Below are positions 52,717 through 64,000 of a DNA stretch of 64,000 nt, piece by piece. Where the stretch lies: the NCBI GenBank assembly GCA_017522615.1, contig JAFWYR010000003.1, forward strand, positions 4,229 through 68,228. Direction: 5' to 3'. Below the pieces are notes generated by a model, which ran no database searches, was not told the DNA's origin, and saw only the letters and a program-made list of their open reading frames with translations. A program made the position numbers and the translations under genes. Positions within the stretch are counted from its first letter, which is position 1; each line of letters starts with the position of its first letter. The stretch comes from Bacilli bacterium (GTDB lineage: Bacteria > Bacillota_I > Bacilli_A > RF39 > UBA660).

Positions 52717-53010
52717 CTAAATAGCATCTCTTACACTACGACTGGCTTCTTCATCCTGACTTTCGTAAGTTTTCTTTACGTTTTCTAAAAATTCCACATT
52801 CATGCCAGTATTTCTAGATATTAATTTTAAATTTCTACCTAAATCAGACAAATTCTGTTTAAGTTTTTGCATATCATCTTCATCAAATATTCTAGCAATA
52901 CTTTCACACCCTACACTCATCCGTAAAGCATAAGTCGAAATATCCTTAGAATTATTCTTTGAATCAGACATTATTCTTTCAAAATCATTAGTATCCTTTA
53001 TTCCAATCAT
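52717..53010 (-). CDS. 97-aa WXG100-like protein with variant turn (F-D-E)
   Basis: Start refined to MIGIKD (AGGAAGGAG RBS); canonical WXG100 length; C-terminal Y82-E-S-Q-D-E-E-A. Confidence 0.65.
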   Translation of the reverse strand: MIGIKDTNDFERIMSDSKNNSKDISTYALRMSVGCESIARIFDEDDMQKLKQNLSDLGRNLKLISRNTGMNVEFLENVKKTYESQDEEASRSVRDAI

Positions 53011-53111
53011 AATGATAAGACTCCTTCCTGATACCCTCATATCATAGTATCAACTAAATTTTATCATATATTAAAGTAAAAAACAATAATGATTACAAAA
53101 ACTTTACAAAA

Positions 53112-53136
53112 AACTTCATTTTTAACAAATGAAGTT
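53112..53136 (-). terminator. Terminator after esaB
   Basis: AACTTCATTT/AAATGAAGTT IR followed by T-rich sequence on the minus strand. Confidence 0.6.
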
Positions 53137-53137
53137 C

Positions 53138-53398
53138 TTAATAATTAAATAAAATTAACTTTCTACCATTTTTCATGCCAGTTTCATTGATAGCTGTATC
53201 CAAATTATAGAATTTTCCTGTCTCACTATCGAGCAAAGCTAAACCTTGATCAATAGGAAAGTTACATTCAGTCATACCTTTGATAGTACTACATATTAAA
53301 TCTAATGCATCTCCAACTCTCGTATTTATTGGAATAAAAATATCAAAATATTCATTAATTGTAATCGCATAAACATTTACCAATATCTTATTCTTCAT
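53138..53398 (-). CDS. esaB: EsaB/YukD-family ubiquitin-like T7SS protein
   Basis: 86 aa; ILVNVY..FDIFIP...VGD...LDTAINETGMKNGRKLILF ubiquitin-like pattern; overlaps the essC stop by 11 bp. Confidence 0.75.
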   Translation of the reverse strand: MKNKILVNVYAITINEYFDIFIPINTRVGDALDLICSTIKGMTECNFPIDQGLALLDSETGKFYNLDTAINETGMKNGRKLILFNY

Positions 53399-56300
53399 CT
53401 TTATCCATCTCCATTAATTTAACTAAAGTACTTTGACCTCTACGAACATACCAAGAAAAATTATCTCCAATCTTCGCATTATGATTACGGTTCATATCAC
53501 TTACCTTAATAATACCTTGATCAGTTATTCCACTACCAATCCATATAGCATTATTATTACGTACTAAACTAATATACCAAGATCTACTTGACAATTCCTT
53601 AAATTGATAATATGAATCAGCAATTATTATATTAATATTATCTATTAAAGACATCTTTTTAATGAATTTATCTAATGCATCATTGTTCTCAGAAATAAAC
53701 AATTTTTCAGTACCAGCAAAAATAAACAACAGTTGATTATCAGTATTAACAATATTTTTATCAATAAATTGTTCTAAATCACTACAACTACCAGAAAAAT
53801 TCTTATCCAAATATCCTGTAACGCAGTCTATCATAGATTCAAACATCTTATTAAAATCAAGTAAAATAATTTTCAAATTCTCTATTTCTTTTACCATTGT
53901 AATTAATGATTCAACAAACGGAACAATAGGCTCAAATTCTATAGAAGAAATTAAATTAATTTTATCCTTACCAAAATCATAAATTGCCGGTTTCAAAGAA
54001 GACTTAATAAGACCAAACGGAACATTAGAAAGGCCTTTCAAATCGTGAGCCAAACTTGAAACAGTTACCTTATCAGGAAGAACAGGTATAGGTGGAGCTA
54101 CGACATCATACATAGTTTTCTGTTTCTCACCAAGCTGTTTAATAAATCCAACAACATCATCACCATCGAATATCTTAGATGTTTGAAATTCTACTGGACC
54201 ATCAACTTTACATATACCTCTTCCAGGATAATCCGAAGGATAAAGTTTGCCAATCTTACCAAACAAATCAACATAGTCACCTTTGTCGTTCATTTCTAAA
54301 GCAAAAACATTATCAAAATTACGAGTTAATCTATTAAACATAGTTCTTCCACTACTAGCAGACATTACAAGAGAAATACCATATCTCTTCCCTTCTCTGG
54401 CATACCTAATAATAGTGTCATCATACCCTTTAAAGTTTTCAACAAAGCTATCATAGTTATTAATAATAAATATAACAATAGGAAGCTTTTTACCACTATT
54501 TCTAATATAATTAAAATAATCGCCGTTGTAATCTGAAAACAACTGCTTTCTTTCAATTATCAAATCATTAATAACAGAAAAAGCTTTATTAACCTTATCA
54601 ACATCGCTAGATAATACTACATCACCTACTTGAGCCAAAGGAGAAAACATTCTAAGGGTCTCATTTCCAAAATCCATAATATAAATATTTACCTGTTCTG
54701 GACCATAATTTTCACACAAAGAATAGACAAAAGAGTTTAAAAACATCTCTCTATCACTAGAATTTCTTCCATATATTAAAGTATTTGCAGTTTCGTCTAT
54801 TTTAATAGTTAAAATGTTTTGCCTTTGATTAGCAGGGTCATCATATTCACCTACAATAGCTGTAACAACATCACTACTATAATTATATTTTTTAATCAAA
54901 TCATCTACATATATACTCTCTGGAATATTAGGAAGCCATAAAGCATCAGCTTTTAAATTTTGCTTAGTAGCTAAATTAGTAATATACCTTAATACATTAG
55001 AAAGTTGATCACCAACACTATCAGTACTTACAACTTCTTTACTAGGTGTTACTTCTTTTATAATTTGACCAGTATTATCGATAAACACAACAGAATCATC
55101 TGAACCATTAACAATAAAATCTGAAGGATGATAAGGGATTCCTGCATAACCAGATTGAGCAAGCAAAAATAATTCATCATATCCTACTTGTAAATAAAAT
55201 CTGCCAGGATTCTTAATTTCTGCCGCATCAGGCCTCTTAAGCATTTCATTACTATCACCACGGTCTTGAACTTTTAAACATATTTTAAACTTAGAGTTAG
55301 ACCATATTTGATCATTTACAACTCCGCTAGGTTTTTGAGTTGCTAATATTAAATGAACACCAAGAGATCTACCGATACGAGCCGCACTAACTAAATCATC
55401 CATAAATTCGGGTTGCTGACTTTTTAGTTCGGCAAACTCATCGGATATAATAAACAAATGAGATATAGGTTTATCTAACTTACCTTCTCTATAAAATTTC
55501 TGATATTTATATATATCAACAGTACTTTCACCAAGCTTATCTCTTGCTTGATTAAATAGTATCTGTCTTCTAGTAAGTTCACTATTTATACTGATTAATG
55601 TACGGTTAAGTTCAGCCTTATCCAAATTGGTAATAACACCGGCTAAATGAGGTAATCTAACCCCAAGAGCTTTATTATCAAAAGCACCAGCTAATCCTCC
55701 ACCTTTATAATCGATTAAAATAAATGAAACTTCTTCTGGACTATAATTTAATGCCATCGAAAGAACATAAGTAATAATAAATTCCGACTTACCAGAACCA
55801 GTAGTTCCCGCAATTAACCCATGAGGTCCATGAGCTTTTTCGTGCAAATCCAAATAAACTCTATTCTCTCCTTCATTAACACCTATTAATGCTCTAAGAG
55901 ATTGAGTTGGATCATTAAGTTTCCATCTTGTAAGAGAATTCAATTGTTCAACCCTTCCGATTTTAAACATTTCCAAAAAAGATAAACTAGTTGGAATTCC
56001 CGCACCTTCTTCTTCAACTTCGATAGGAATATTAAATAATTTTTCAAAATATTTAGGATAATCAATATATTCATTGATTTCCTCTTTAAATTCTTGAACA
56101 ATATACTCTTCAGAAGTATTTTTAAGTGTTTCGGATTTATTAACTCCAATATTAATAAAATCAATACATTCACTAGGAATTTTACCTAAAGTATCCTCAA
56201 GAATAATAAATGCAAAGCCAAAATTAGGTTTATTTTTTAAAATAAGATCAGTTATCCCTAATTTTCTAACATGTTCAAAATCATCAGTAACAATCAAATA

Positions 56301-57956
56301 ATAAGGTTTAAAATTGATACTCCCATCTTCAGTCTCAACCATAGCCCTATTCTTTTCATCGGTTGCCCTTTCTACAAAAATTTTCTGCAAAAACATATCT
56401 AAAGTTTTCATTTCTTCAAAATTATCCGCAAAAAATCTTACAGAATAATCATTACTAAAAACATGAGGAATATCTTTAAAATCTGTCCAATTACCACTAG
56501 AATTCTCATCTAACATAAACACTAACTTTAAATCATCATAACCATGAAAAGTAACTAGTTGAAATAACAAATTTTTCAAAAAAGAAATTTTCTTATTTTT
56601 AATTCCTAAAATTGCACTAACTTTATTATCTTTAAAAGAATAAGCAATAGGAACATTTACCAAAACAGAAGCTCTTTCTATCGTATCTTTAGCTTTCTCA
56701 AGTAGATCATCCTCATCCATTGAAAACTCATCTTCCTGAAAATTAATATTAATATCTAAAGGAATATTACCTCGTCCGATTCTAGCTGTTAAAAAATCAG
56801 CCTGACTATTTTGTCTATTCCAAAGTAAAATTGACTTATTATTTATAATATCAATACAATCATTAACAGATAAAATCTTTTCATTTAAAATATTTGTCTG
56901 ATTTGTAATCACTCCGCTCAATTCTCGTTTTTTCTTTTCAACATATTTTCCATACTTCTCTATTCGCTTTTTTTCGTAACGTTCACGTCTTCTCTTTTGA
57001 AATTTTTTAGTAAGCATTGGCCAAAGTAACATTGATACAAGAGAAATAATAGCTGTTACTATTCTCATCCAGCTTTTATCGATAGTTGTCTGATTTGTAT
57101 ATAATTTATAAATAACATCTCCTAATGTTACTCCAGAAACAAGACCCATAGTAAGCATAGGTCCTATAGTAAGAAGTAAAGGCATATCCTCTTCATCCCT
57201 TTTATTTGGAGGTGAAGCAAAAGCCATCTCGTATGTTTCTATATATCTTCTTATTCTAGGTGTCTTATAAAAATAATCTTTTTCACTATATAAATTTTTA
57301 TGATTTATCTCTTTTTCTATTTTTTCATATCTACGTATTGGAATAGAAACACTCTTAAACTTTGAAAAATTAATAGATACATTATTCATTGGATTATTTA
57401 TAAGTATACAGTTATTAGTAAATACAAAACGTAATCCATAAAAGAAAAAAGCATCTCCACTATTAATAACAATTTGTTTATCGCTAATCAAAGTATCATT
57501 CCTATACACATAAGTACCTTGATCTACCACTAGCCTAAAAATACCACCAGCATAATTAATAGACACTTTCTGACTAGCAATCGAAGAAACATTATAATAA
57601 ATACTATCATTACTATTGTTTCCCAAAGTAAAATCACAATCACCATCAATAGAGTATAATTGATAACTATTGTCATAAGATTTTTCAACATAAAGTATAT
57701 AATTCTTATCAAAAGCTGTTATAGTATAAAAGCCACCAAGAAATAATTCAACCTCGTCAACTGGTTGACCATTATACTTGATAACTACGCCATGATTAGA
57801 TTTCATAAACCATTTATTATCTCTAGGGCTAATTGCTGTTAAACCATCACCGTCAAAACCAGTCTTTAACTGATAACTTCCCTCGTAAACATCAGGTAAT
57901 TCTAATTTATATATTTTAATATCATCAAACAACAATAGTCTCATACGAAAAGCCAC
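53388..57956 (-). CDS. essC: Type VII secretion ATPase EssC (FtsK/SpoIIIE)
   Basis: N-terminal FHA-like region; two TMs; LDLHEKAHGPHGLIAGTTGSGKSEF; LIDYKGG; IISDEFAEL; GRSLGVHLILATQKPSG; further degenerate ATPase repeats. Likely start is ATG 57944. Confidence 0.96.
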   Translation of the reverse strand: MAFRMRLLLFDDIKIYKLELPDVYEGSYQLKTGFDGDGLTAISPRDNKWFMKSNHGVVIKYNGQPVDEVELFLGGFYTITAFDKNYILYVEKSYDNSYQLYSIDGDCDFTLGNNSNDSIYYNVSSIASQKVSINYAGGIFRLVVDQGTYVYRNDTLISDKQIVINSGDAFFFYGLRFVFTNNCILINNPMNNVSINFSKFKSVSIPIRRYEKIEKEINHKNLYSEKDYFYKTPRIRRYIETYEMAFASPPNKRDEEDMPLLLTIGPMLTMGLVSGVTLGDVIYKLYTNQTTIDKSWMRIVTAIISLVSMLLWPMLTKKFQKRRRERYEKKRIEKYGKYVEKKKRELSGVITNQTNILNEKILSVNDCIDIINNKSILLWNRQNSQADFLTARIGRGNIPLDININFQEDEFSMDEDDLLEKAKDTIERASVLVNVPIAYSFKDNKVSAILGIKNKKISFLKNLLFQLVTFHGYDDLKLVFMLDENSSGNWTDFKDIPHVFSNDYSVRFFADNFEEMKTLDMFLQKIFVERATDEKNRAMVETEDGSINFKPYYLIVTDDFEHVRKLGITDLILKNKPNFGFAFIILEDTLGKIPSECIDFINIGVNKSETLKNTSEEYIVQEFKEEINEYIDYPKYFEKLFNIPIEVEEEGAGIPTSLSFLEMFKIGRVEQLNSLTRWKLNDPTQSLRALIGVNEGENRVYLDLHEKAHGPHGLIAGTTGSGKSEFIITYVLSMALNYSPEEVSFILIDYKGGGLAGAFDNKALGVRLPHLAGVITNLDKAELNRTLISINSELTRRQILFNQARDKLGESTVDIYKYQKFYREGKLDKPISHLFIISDEFAELKSQQPEFMDDLVSAARIGRSLGVHLILATQKPSGVVNDQIWSNSKFKICLKVQDRGDSNEMLKRPDAAEIKNPGRFYLQVGYDELFLLAQSGYAGIPYHPSDFIVNGSDDSVVFIDNTGQIIKEVTPSKEVVSTDSVGDQLSNVLRYITNLATKQNLKADALWLPNIPESIYVDDLIKKYNYSSDVVTAIVGEYDDPANQRQNILTIKIDETANTLIYGRNSSDREMFLNSFVYSLCENYGPEQVNIYIMDFGNETLRMFSPLAQVGDVVLSSDVDKVNKAFSVINDLIIERKQLFSDYNGDYFNYIRNSGKKLPIVIFIINNYDSFVENFKGYDDTIIRYAREGKRYGISLVMSASSGRTMFNRLTRNFDNVFALEMNDKGDYVDLFGKIGKLYPSDYPGRGICKVDGPVEFQTSKIFDGDDVVGFIKQLGEKQKTMYDVVAPPIPVLPDKVTVSSLAHDLKGLSNVPFGLIKSSLKPAIYDFGKDKINLISSIEFEPIVPFVESLITMVKEIENLKIILLDFNKMFESMIDCVTGYLDKNFSGSCSDLEQFIDKNIVNTDNQLLFIFAGTEKLFISENNDALDKFIKKMSLIDNINIIIADSYYQFKELSSRSWYISLVRNNNAIWIGSGITDQGIIKVSDMNRNHNAKIGDNFSWYVRRGQSTLVKLMEMDKDEE

Positions 57957-57971
57957 CCTTCTACTATTAAT

Positions 57972-58000
57972 ATGATACTTTAAATTAAATCAATAGTCAA
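57972..58000 (-). promoter_or_regulatory. Sigma-A promoter of essC-esaB
   Basis: TTGACT-17 bp-TATCAT. Confidence 0.65.
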
Positions 58001-58064
58001 TAATTTACATCACCTTTACAAAAAACAAAAAAATTGTAGGTCTTTGGAGATTATTACCCACAAT

Positions 58065-60257
58065 TTAATTTCTACTTCTCGAAATAACATCTTTAACTTC
58101 ATCAGAGAAAACCTGAAATTCTAAGTCTATAGGAGTATGACTAAATTTATTTTCCTGATAGTATCTTTCAACATCGTCATATGCATTTTTAAGAAATTCA
58201 TAATAGTCAATGTCCTTTTCTTTATAATTAATAATTATTCGATTAAACATATCCACCATATTATTTCTAAACTCTTCATAATCTACATAGTTAGCCTTCA
58301 TTAATTCAAATAATATCAATATATCATTTAAATGTTCATCATTGTTAGTACATTTAGAAATAGTAACCAATATAAACTCATTAAACTCAAAATCATCATC
58401 ATTTATTTTAATTTTATTAACATCTTTACTACTCGCATAATGCGGAAGAACATTGTTCACTAAATCATCTAATGTATATTTCTTATTATTAAAATCAACA
58501 ACAATTTTTCTATAATTAATAGGAACTACTTCTTCAAATCGTCGGTTATAAAATCTTTGAATTTTTTTTAATATAATATCATCATATATAGGTTTTAAAT
58601 CAGAGCGGTTTTCATCTAAAAATAATTTAACCTTCTCACCGTCTAAACCTTCAATTTCTCCATATCGAGAATTATTAGTAAGAATACTTTCAAACAATTG
58701 AAAAATCGATTCTATATTACTATCAAAATTAGCTTTTAATAGCCTATCCGTAATATTTAAATTGTTATACAAATATTTAGTAATCTTAGTTAGAAAACTA
58801 AAGTAATATATTATTTCAGCATTAAATATTTCTTTTATTTCATCTGCTGAAAATGTTATTCCACTTTCAGCAAACTGATAATTTATATCATTCATTTTAT
58901 TAGTTCCAAAATTAACAAGATTTCTCACTCTATAAAGTACTTGATTATAAATCAAATATAAGTTTTTAATAACGATATCATTATTCGATAAATCATAATT
59001 ATCTAAAGCTCCGCATTGTATATAATTAAAAATATAATCATAGTAATAATTCAGATTATCCCCTTCAGATAAATCATTATTAATCATCACTTCAAAAGGT
59101 AATTGATTTCCTTTTAAATCATAAAATTTTTGAAAAATAGGGTAGCTTTCCACTAAATGAGAATTATATTTAATTATTTCATCCCACATAGAAACCGAGG
59201 CATATTCAGCAAACTCTTTTTCTATTTTATATTTACCATTAGAACAAATTGGTTCTAAATATAACTTATATAACCTTCCTGTTTCATAAGGATTATTAAA
59301 CCTACGTCTATCAAAAAAATCATTAGCTAAATCTTTCTTACCTAAAAAAGACAAAAAATTATAAGTATATTTAATCCCATTTACTTCTGCATCATATTCG
59401 TTTCTTGAAAAAAAATAATTTTCCTTTTTATCTCTTCTAAAAAACACATCAAAAATTTCATTTTCATAATCAACAAACCCCGCAAAAGAATCTTCATGCT
59501 CTATACTAGAAGCAGACAATCTATGACTTTTTTCTTTTTGAATTATATGCTGAGTTTCATGACAAATAGCTCTTAAAAAATCAAATAAATTATTATTTTG
59601 ACTATTTATAAAAAACACATTTTCTAACGCATAGCCACCAGATTCATCTATACCATCAAAATTCGCTGGAATACCTATCAAATCTATATCGTCGTTTTTA
59701 GTTTCTCTAAGTACCCATTTACCGACATAATTACACAAAAAAGCTAACTCTTCATAATCCTCGGGAACCACCCCTTTATCTATTATTTCCAAGATAAAAT
59801 TTTTTTGTTTTTCGTCATCTAAATCGATATTATCTTTTAAATATTTCATAAGTAAATGTCTTTCGTTTAAATCCTTAGGACCATTATCTAATATATTTTG
59901 AATTCTATTTTTTACCTTTCTCATTATTCTAGATATTTTTAGATTCTTAAAAAAAGGAAAAAAACGTTTAGAATATTCTTCTTCCAACAAAAAACTATCG
60001 AAATAATTATATGGATCATTTATAAAAGCTTCATATAATTGATTACTATATTTTTGACCATTATAATTATCAACATACTTTAAAGGAGTATAACTAACCA
60101 AAAAGGCTTCAACTCCTTTAATAATAGAAACACTATCTAAATCATGTTTATCATAAAGCTCTAAAAGTTCATTATTTGAAATATAGTCTCCAATATCACT
60201 ATTATTAATATGGCTCTTCAAATGACGCATAATAGAAAAATATATACGAATACTCAT
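58065..60257 (-). CDS. 730-aa hypothetical protein with an HEXXH zinc-peptidase-like motif
   Basis: AICHETQH at 59547-59561; downstream NEYDAE; no signal peptide. Confidence 0.6.
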   Translation of the reverse strand: MSIRIYFSIMRHLKSHINNSDIGDYISNNELLELYDKHDLDSVSIIKGVEAFLVSYTPLKYVDNYNGQKYSNQLYEAFINDPYNYFDSFLLEEEYSKRFFPFFKNLKISRIMRKVKNRIQNILDNGPKDLNERHLLMKYLKDNIDLDDEKQKNFILEIIDKGVVPEDYEELAFLCNYVGKWVLRETKNDDIDLIGIPANFDGIDESGGYALENVFFINSQNNNLFDFLRAICHETQHIIQKEKSHRLSASSIEHEDSFAGFVDYENEIFDVFFRRDKKENYFFSRNEYDAEVNGIKYTYNFLSFLGKKDLANDFFDRRRFNNPYETGRLYKLYLEPICSNGKYKIEKEFAEYASVSMWDEIIKYNSHLVESYPIFQKFYDLKGNQLPFEVMINNDLSEGDNLNYYYDYIFNYIQCGALDNYDLSNNDIVIKNLYLIYNQVLYRVRNLVNFGTNKMNDINYQFAESGITFSADEIKEIFNAEIIYYFSFLTKITKYLYNNLNITDRLLKANFDSNIESIFQLFESILTNNSRYGEIEGLDGEKVKLFLDENRSDLKPIYDDIILKKIQRFYNRRFEEVVPINYRKIVVDFNNKKYTLDDLVNNVLPHYASSKDVNKIKINDDDFEFNEFILVTISKCTNNDEHLNDILILFELMKANYVDYEEFRNNMVDMFNRIIINYKEKDIDYYEFLKNAYDDVERYYQENKFSHTPIDLEFQVFSDEVKDVISRSRN

Positions 60258-60269
60258 AACACCACATCC

Positions 60270-62285
<2,016 letters not shown>

Positions 62286-62295
62286 CTAGTGTAAA

Positions 62296-62460
62296 CTAGT
62301 CTCCATTTCTATGTAATGCCCCAAAGGCAATACTAAATACAGCAATACCTATCAATATAAATCCAAGCCACATCATAGGATTATCATGATTGTTAGAAAC
62401 AAATCTCTTAAATGGTTCAATCCATTCATTAATAGTATCGACAAAATTTAATATATTCAT
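62296..62460 (-). CDS. Small single-TM protein, 54 aa (MNILNFVDTINEWIEPF...)
   Basis: Manual translation; starts 3 bp after the pcrA stop; GAAGGTG RBS; one hydrophobic segment. Confidence 0.7.
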   Translation of the reverse strand: MNILNFVDTINEWIEPFKRFVSNNHDNPMMWLGFILIGIAVFSIAFGALHRNGD

Positions 62461-62463
62461 ATT

Positions 62464-64000
62464 CTACACCTTCTTTATACTTTTATGTCCTTTCATTATT
62501 TTTTTAACACCATACTGATGACTAAATGCGATAGTAAGAACTGTACCGATTGAAACAACGATTCCTTGTCCATATACATCATGTACAACCTTATCACCCA
62601 CACTATATTCCGCATCTTCATCTATCATACTAGTTTTATCAAACACTTTATCGCGTACCTCATCTTTTTCCAAGTATTCAACACTTATTTCAGAGACAAA
62701 CCTACTTGGTAAATTAGAATTAGTATTACCATAAAGCATTCTTTTCTTCGCATTAACAAGTGTCAAACTTTTTTTAGCTCTTGTTACTGCTACATAACAA
62801 AGCCTTCTCTCTTCCTCTATTTCATCGGGACTCTCCATAGAATTATTATGTGGAAAAAGTCCCTCTTCTAAACCTATTAAAAATATATGATCAAACTCTA
62901 AACCTTTAGCCGAATGTATAGTCATTAAAGTCACAACATCAGTACTATTTTTGTGTTCCTCAATATCTGAAACTAAAGATATTTCGAGTAAAAACTCTTC
63001 GAGAGAAACTACACCGTTATTCTCTTCAAAATTCTTAGTTATAGATTTAAACTCCTCTAGATTCTCAAGTCTAACTTCAGCTTCCAAAGTTTTTGTATTT
63101 TCAAGTTCTTTTTTCATGCCAGATCGATCAAGAACCAAATCAACAAGCTCTGTCAAAGATAAATTTTCACTTTCTTCTTTTATTTCTTCAATTATATTCT
63201 TAAAACCAAGTTCTTTACCTGAATCTATTGCCTCATATAAACTAAGTCCTCTATCTATAGCTTTAGATGATAAATTTTCTATCGTCTTTGGTCCTATTTG
63301 TCTCTTAGGAACGTTTATTATCCTCATCAAACTAACGTCGTCGTTAGAATTATAAATTAATTTTAAATAACTAATTAAATCCTTAATTTCTTTTCTATTA
63401 TAGAAATAAAAACTTCCAACAACTTTATATGGAATATTCTCTTTAAGCAAAGCTTCCTCCATATTTCTAGATTGAGCATTAGTTCTATATAAAACTGCTA
63501 TATCTTCTCTATTGACCCCGCTTATAATTAATTTCTTAATCTCATTCATAACAAAGTTAGCTTCATCTTTTTCATCAAAAGCTCTGTGATATCTAATTTT
63601 AGGCCCATCACCATTTTTAGTCCAAAGATTTTTATCTTTTCTATTTTTGTTATTTTTAATTATATCGTTCGCCACATTTAAAATATTTCCAGTTGATCTA
63701 TAATTTTCCTCCAAAGGAATAACTTTCGCATCCGGATAATCTTTTTCAAAATTCAAAATATTTCTATAATTAGCTCCTCTAAAACCATAAATTGATTGAT
63801 CTAAATCACCAACTACACAAACGTTTCTATATTTTCCTCCAAGCATTCTAATTAATCTATATTGTGCTTCATTAGTATCCTGATACTCATCCACCAAAAT
63901 GTATTTAAATCTTTCTTGATACTTTTCTAATATATCCTTGTTTTCTTTAAATAGTTTTATTGGCATTAATAGTAAATCGTCAAAATCTAAAGAATTATTT
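62464..64000 (-). CDS. pcrA: UvrD/PcrA DNA helicase, 5' part outside window
   Basis: VDEYQDTN; VVGDLDQSIYGFRGA; LEENYRST; TIHSAKGLEF; EERRLCYVAVTRAK. Frame stays open to the window end. Confidence 0.97.
   Translation of the reverse strand, partial: NNSLDFDDLLLMPIKLFKENKDILEKYQERFKYILVDEYQDTNEAQYRLIRMLGGKYRNVCVVGDLDQSIYGFRGANYRNILNFEKDYPDAKVIPLEENYRSTGNILNVANDIIKNNKNRKDKNLWTKNGDGPKIRYHRAFDEKDEANFVMNEIKKLIISGVNREDIAVLYRTNAQSRNMEEALLKENIPYKVVGSFYFYNRKEIKDLISYLKLIYNSNDDVSLMRIINVPKRQIGPKTIENLSSKAIDRGLSLYEAIDSGKELGFKNIIEEIKEESENLSLTELVDLVLDRSGMKKELENTKTLEAEVRLENLEEFKSITKNFEENNGVVSLEEFLLEISLVSDIEEHKNSTDVVTLMTIHSAKGLEFDHIFLIGLEEGLFPHNNSMESPDEIEEERRLCYVAVTRAKKSLTLVNAKKRMLYGNTNSNLPSRFVSEISVEYLEKDEVRDKVFDKTSMIDEDAEYSVGDKVVHDVYGQGIVVSIGTVLTIAFSHQYGVKKIMKGHKSIKKV

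Overview
AT-rich bacterial chromosome segment from a low-GC Bacillota-type organism (standard genetic code, HrcA/CIRCE, sortase, sigma-A-type promoters). It resembles uncultured Bacilli such as RF39, but that is an inference. Nearly all genes are on the minus strand. Block 1 (1-4 kb) is an apparent operon: sortase substrate, sortase, membrane protein, Wzz/tyrosine-kinase fusion, PHP phosphatase. Block 2 (4.4-27.4 kb) is a Wzx/Wzy capsule/EPS cluster with two decayed genes and a complete ISL3 insertion, bracketed by two inverted, nearly identical Rpn-like PD-(D/E)XK genes; each has an internal RBS+ATG for a small C-terminal protein. Block 3 (27.5-41.8 kb) is housekeeping: preA, short alaS, dNMP-kinase-like, AI-2E, frr, and an hrcA-grpE-orf-dnaK-pepF-dnaJ operon with two CIRCEs. 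Block 4 (41.8-58 kb) is the most interesting part: a compact type VII secretion (T7SSb-like) locus with essC, esaB/yukD, four small or helical WXG100-like genes with non-canonical motifs, a ~2500-aa candidate effector (hydrophobic segment, HEXXH zinc-protease motif, C-terminal papain-like Cys/His motifs) and two tightly coupled candidate immunity genes. No essA, essB or esaA homologue is recognisable in the window. Block 5 (58-64 kb) holds an orphan HEXXH protein, ligA and partial pcrA. No rRNA, tRNA or CRISPR array was seen. All family calls come from motif recognition by eye; no database search was run.
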